Shown here: piece by piece, positions 58,723 to 64,000 of the stretch | Position numbering within the stretch: position 1 is the stretch's first letter | Layout of the letters: each line of letters starts with the position of its first letter | Assembly: GCF_044704955.1 (NCBI RefSeq) | Contig: NC_091996.1 | Coordinates: 87,358,001-87,422,000, forward strand | Origin: Pristiophorus japonicus | Lineage: Eukaryota | Direction of reading: 5' to 3' | Length of the DNA: 64,000 nucleotides | Translations under genes and position numbers: made by a program | Notes under the pieces: generated by a model | The model's input: the letters and a program-made list of their open reading frames with translations, nothing else | Database searches by the model: none | Told to the model about the DNA's origin: nothing

Positions 58723-60872
58723 TCGATCTTAGTTTCTAAGTGTCAGCTGTGGCCCAGTGGATAGCCCCCTCTCTCGCCTCTGAGTCTGAAGGTCGTGGGT
58801 TCGAGTCCCACTCCAAGGACTTCAGCACATAAATCTAGGCCGACACTCCCAGTGCAGTGCTGAGGGAGTGCCGCACTGTCGGAGGTGCTGTCTTTTGGAT
58901 GAGGCGTTAAACCGAGGGCCCCGGCTGCCCCGTCAAATGGATGTAGAAGAGCAGGGGCGATCTCCCCTGGTGTCCTGGGGCCAATATTTATCCCTCAATC
59001 AACATCACTAAAACAGATTATCTGGGTCATTATCACATTGCCATTTTTGGGAGCTTGCTGTGCAAAAATTGGCTGCCGCGTTTCCCACAATGCAACAGTA
59101 AGTACACTTCAAAAGTGCTTCATTGGCTGTACAGTGCTTTGAGACGTCCGGTGGTTCTTGAAAGGCGCTATATAAATGTAATCTTTTTTTCTAACTGGGC
59201 CTTAGTTACCCAGCTTTGTTGATGTTGAGGAGGCTGTAATTAAGGTAGTGCGAGCTGACATTGAATCACAAGGGAAGACTGGTTCGAAGGTTTGACTCTC
59301 AGAAGCTGGATGGTGTGTAGCTGCACGGTATAATTTATGCGAGTGGAGAGGGGTGGTGATGGAAACATGAGTCGCTTCAGTTGACTGGAAGGTGAGTGGC
59401 TGGATACTACGGGGAATCCACCTAGAAACCAGACCTGGGTATCAGCCATCGCTCTGTGGGTAACACTCCCGAGTTCAGAAGGTCATGTGTTCACGCCCCA
59501 TGTGAATACCCAATGCTGGCCGACACTCCCAGTGCCAGTACGGAGGAAAAAACAGAGAATAATTTGCATTTCTATAGCGCCTTTCACGACCACCAGACGT
59601 CCCAAAGCGCTTTACAGCCAATGAAGTTTCTTTTTGAAGTGTGGTCACTGTTGTAATGTGGGAAAGCCAATTTGCGCACAGCAAGCTCCCACACACAGCA
59701 ATGTGATAATGACCAGATCATCTGTTTTTGTTATGTTGGTTGAGGGATAAATATTGGCCCCAGGACACCGGGGAGAACTCCCCTGCTCTTCTTCGAAATA
59801 GTGGCCATGGGATCTTTTACATCCACCTGAGAGAGCCCCGGTTTAACATTCATCCGAAAGACAGCACCTCCGACAGTGCGGCACTCCCTCAGTATTGCCT
59901 CTCCGACAGTGCGGGGCTCCCTCCGCACTGCCCCTCCGACAGTGCGGCGCTCCCTCGGCACTGCCCCTCCGACGGTGCGGTGCTCCCTCGGCACTGCCCC
60001 TCCGACGGTGCGGCGCTCCCTCGGCACTGCCCCTCCGACGGTGCGGCGCTCCCTCGGCACTGCCCCTCCGACGGTGTGGTGCTCCCTCGGCACTGCTCCT
60101 CCGAGAGTGGGACTTGGTACGAATTAGGACACGGGGCAGCCGAGGTTTGGACCCCCCCTTAAAACCTACTTCTTTGACCCTTTTTTTTGGCCACCAGTCC
60201 TAATATCGGCTGATGTGTCTAGGTGTGAAATTTGGGTGGGTAACGCTTCCTGTGAAGCGCCTCGGGACGTTTTGCTATGATAAAGGCGCTATATAAATGC
60301 AAGTTGTTATGTACACACTGGGACATTGGAGAGCCCTGGGTTTGTCCCACATGAGCCCAGCACTCTCCAACTCCTGTTCTCTTTGTGTTGTACAAGGTTC
60401 CTCTGCCACATGACATTGTTCATTGAACACGAGCCTTGGAACAGGTTCCTCCAGTTCAGGAACTGCCTTGCAGCGTTTTTGAGCTCCCGTGTAAAATAGT
60501 TTCACTGAGGAGGTCAGTGACGTGGTGGAATCACTGCTGTCGGCCCTCCAGTCCCTTTCTCCTCTCTTCCAAGGCCTCTGTCCTCTGGGATCAACAGTCT
60601 GGCCAGAACAGTGGACCTCCTCTGGCCAAGTCAATGGATCTTCTCTAGCCCAGTGCTCCCTAAATCCACCCCGGGACTGGATCAGGATTGCCAAATCTGG
60701 CGGTACATATTTCTGGAGATGTCACCACATGAACTTCAACTGCCCCGCCCCCCCCCTCCCCCCACTCTCTCGCTATTGGTCGCCCAACATGTCCATCCTC
60801 CTGGTGCCCCGCCTTCCTACGCCAATTGGGAAGTGAATATACCCGTCATTCCCCGTTGGCCATCTTTCCCCA

Positions 60873-62930
60873 TATAATGTGGATCAATGTGAGGTTATCC
60901 ACTTTGGTGGTAAAAACAGAGAGACAGACTATTATCTGAATGGTGACAGATTAGGAAAAGGGAAGGTGCAACGAGACCTGGGTGTCATGGTACATCAGTC
61001 ATTGAAGGTTGGCATGCAGGTACAGCAGGCGGTTAAGAAAGCAAATGGCATGTTGGCCTTTATAGCGAGGGGATTTGAGTACAGGGGCAGGGAGGTGTTG
61101 CTACAGTTGTACAGGGCCTTGGTGAGGCCACACCTGGAGTATTGTGTACAGTTTTGGTCTCCTAACTTGAGGAAGGACATTCTTGCTATTGAGGGCGTGC
61201 AGCGAAGGTTCACCAGACTGATTCCCGGGATGGTGGGACTGACATATCAAGAAAGACTGGGTCAACTGGGCTTGTATTCACTGGAGTTCAGAAGAATGAG
61301 AGGGGATCTCATAGAAACGTTTAAAATTCTGACGTGTTTAGACAGGTAAGATGCAGAAGAATGTTCCCAATGTTGGGGAAGTCCAGAACCAGGGGTCACA
61401 GTCTAAGGATAAGGGGTAAGCCATTTAGGACCGAGATGAGGAGGAACTTCTTCACCCAGAGAGTGGTGAACCTGTGGAATTCTCTACCACAGAAAGTTGT
61501 TGAGGTCCATTCACTAAATATATTCAAAAAGGAGTTAGATGAAGTCCTTACTACTAGGGGAATCAAGGGGTATAGCGAGAAAGCAGGAATGGGGTACTGA
61601 AGTTGCATGTTCAGCCATGAACTCATTGAATGGCGGTGCAGGCTAGAAGGGCCGAACGACCTACTCCTGCATCTATTTTCTATGTTTCTATGTTTCTATA
61701 TCTGATCAACTCATAAACAAAAGTCTTCAAACAATTTTTTTAAGTCCCCGATGATGTTTCATACGGACATAAGAATTCGTAGCTGGAGGCGGCCATTCGG
61801 ACCCTCGAGCCTGCTCCACCAGTCAGTGAGATCATGGCTGATCTTCGACCTCAACTCCACTTTCCCGCCCGATCCCCATATCCCTCGATTCTTTTAATAT
61901 CCAAAAATCTATCGATCTCAGCCTTGAATATATTCAACGACACAGCCCTCTGGGGCAGAGAATTCCAAAGATTCACCACCCTCTGAGTGAAGAAACTCCT
62001 CCTCATCTCAGTCCTAAATGGCCGACCCCTTATCCTGAGACTGTGACCCCTGGTTCTAGACTCCCCAGCCCGGGGGGAAACATCCTCCCTGCATCTACCC
62101 TGTCAGGCCCTGTAAGAATGTTGTATGTTTCAATGAGATCACCTCTCGTTCTTCTAAACTCCAGAGAATATCGGCCTAGTCTACTCAATTTCTCCTCATA
62201 GGACAATCCCCGGAATCAGTCTGGTGAACCTTCGTTGCACTCCCTCTGTGGCAAACCCTGTCCTGGATTTTTTCTTGCAGTAATCTTCAACTCCTGGAGA
62301 TTCCAGGGCAGTGAGGGAGGGTTGACCACCCAGAGCCGGATGTAACCTAGTTTTGGACACTACTTTAGTGCGGATGTCAAGGCTTTAGTTTTGGTCTCCA
62401 TATTTAAGGCAGGATATACTTGCATTGGAGGCTGTTCAGAGAAGGTTCACTCGGTTGATTCTGGAGATGAGGGGGTTGACTTATGAGGAAAGGTTGAGCA
62501 GGTTGGGCCTCTACTCATTGGAATTCAGGAGAATGAGAGGTGATCTTATCGAAACATATAAGATTATGAGGGGGCTTGACAGGGTGAATGCAGAGAGGAT
62601 ATCTCCACTGATGGGGGAGACTAGAACTATGGGACATAGTCTCAGAATAAGGGGCCGCCCATTTAAAACTGAGATGAGGAGAACTTTCTTCTCTGAGGGT
62701 TGTAAATCTGTGGAATTCTCTGCCCCAGAGAGCTGTGGAGGTTGGGTCATTGAGTATATTTAAGTTTGAGATAGACAGAGTTTTGAGCGATAAGGGAGTC
62801 AAGGGGTATGGGGAGCGGACGGGGAAGTGGGGCTGAGTCCATGATCAGATCAGCCATGATCTTATTGAATGGCGGAGCAGGCTCGAGGGGCCGAATGGCC
62901 GACTCCTGCTCCTATTATGTTCTTATGTTC
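60873..62930. mobile_element. CR1 3' fragments (60873-61700 +, 61765-62255 -, 62385-62930 +)
   Basis: 60873-61700 is nearly identical to 18223-19049; CR1 C-terminal motifs and tails. Confidence 0.9.
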
Positions 62931-63037
62931 TTGGAGAGGTTGACGGAGAGTTATGAGGAGACACGAGGGAATCTGGGACGCTTTTCGTTAGAACAGAGCA
63001 GCTCTGGTGGAGATCTGATAGAGGTGTTCAAAATAGA

Positions 63038-63350
63038 GGGGTACAGTAGCATAGCGGTTACGTTACTGGACCAGTAATCCAGACCCTGGACTAATGATCC
63101 GGAGACACGGTTCAAATCCCACCACGGCAGCTAGGGAATTTAAATTCAGTTAATTAAATAAATCTGGAATAAAAAGCTAGTGACCATGAAACTACCGGGT
63201 TGTCGTAAAAACCCACCGGGTTCACTAATGCCCCTTTAGGGAAGGAAATCTGCCGCCCTTATCCGGTCTGGCCTATATGTGACTGCAGACCCACAGCAAG
63301 GTGGTTGACTCTTAACTGCCCTCTGAAATGGCCCAGTGAGACATTCAGTC
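63038..63350 (+). mobile_element. tRNA-derived SINE of a second family (Meta-domain-like)
   Basis: A box TAGCATAGCGG, B box GGTTCAAATCCC, central GGTTCACTAATGCCCCTTTAGGGAAGGAAATCTGCC; family assignment from memory. Confidence 0.6.
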
Positions 63351-64000
63351 GCACCAAACCTGCTACGACAAAGTCAGCACTGTGTGGGAGCACCTTCACC
63401 ACACGGGACTGCAGCGGTTCAAGAAGGGGGCTCACCGCCACCTTCTCAAGGGGCAATTAGGGATGGGCAATAAATGCTGGCCTTGCCAGCGACACCGACA
63501 CCTCATGAATGGATTAAAAAACAGTATCAGCTGTGGCTCAGTGGGTAGCACACATGGCCCTCTGGGTCAGAAGGGTGTGGGTTCAAGTCCCACGCCAGAG
63601 ACTTGAGCACATAAATCTAGGCTGACACTCCCAGTGCAGTACTGAGGGAGCGCCGCACTGTCGGAGGGGCAGTGCTGAGGGAGCGCCGTATTGTCGGAGG
63701 GGCAGTACTGAGGGAGTGCCACACTGTCGGAGGGGCAGTACTGAGGGAGTGCCGCACTGTCGGAGGCACAGTACTGAGGGAGTGCTGCACTGCGGGAATG
63801 GCAGTACTGAGGGAGCACCGCACTGTGGGAGGGGCGGTACTGAGGGAGTGCCGCTCTGTCGGAGGTGCCATCTTTTGGATGAGATGATAGAGAGGCCCCG
63901 CCTTTCCTCTCAGTAACAAAAGATCCCATGGCCACTATTTTGAAGAAGAGCAGGGGAGTTCTCCCCGGTGTCCTGGGGCCAATATTTATCCCTCAATCAA

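Overview
Vertebrate genomic DNA, most likely a cartilaginous fish (shark). This is inferred from the repeat landscape: dense CR1 LINEs, SacSINE1/Deu-domain-like tRNA-SINEs, RTE and L2 remnants. About three quarters of the window (visual estimate) is transposon-derived or tandemly repeated, and there are two N gaps. Two intact, GC-rich host genes with uninterrupted coding sequence lie head-to-head: a CHST2/CHST7-like GlcNAc-6-O-sulfotransferase (30539-31738, minus) and KCTD11 (37556-38374, plus). Mobile elements include a Gypsy LTR retrotransposon with both LTRs, PBS, PPT and a 5-bp TSD, a young CR1 with an intact ORF2 nested in an older CR1, and several solo LTRs. Most interesting observations: (1) the CHST gene may be a third CHST2/7 ohnolog on the KCTD11 (human 17p13-equivalent) paralogon; (2) KCTD11 has an internally deleted upstream pseudo-copy, a tandem amplification of its stop-codon/NF-Y region, a triplicated YY1+CTCF module and overlapping uORFs; (3) three CR1 copies sit antisense at the same site of the SINE tail; (4) three LTR types carry CTCF-like motifs. 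Repeat boundaries are approximate and read by eye.
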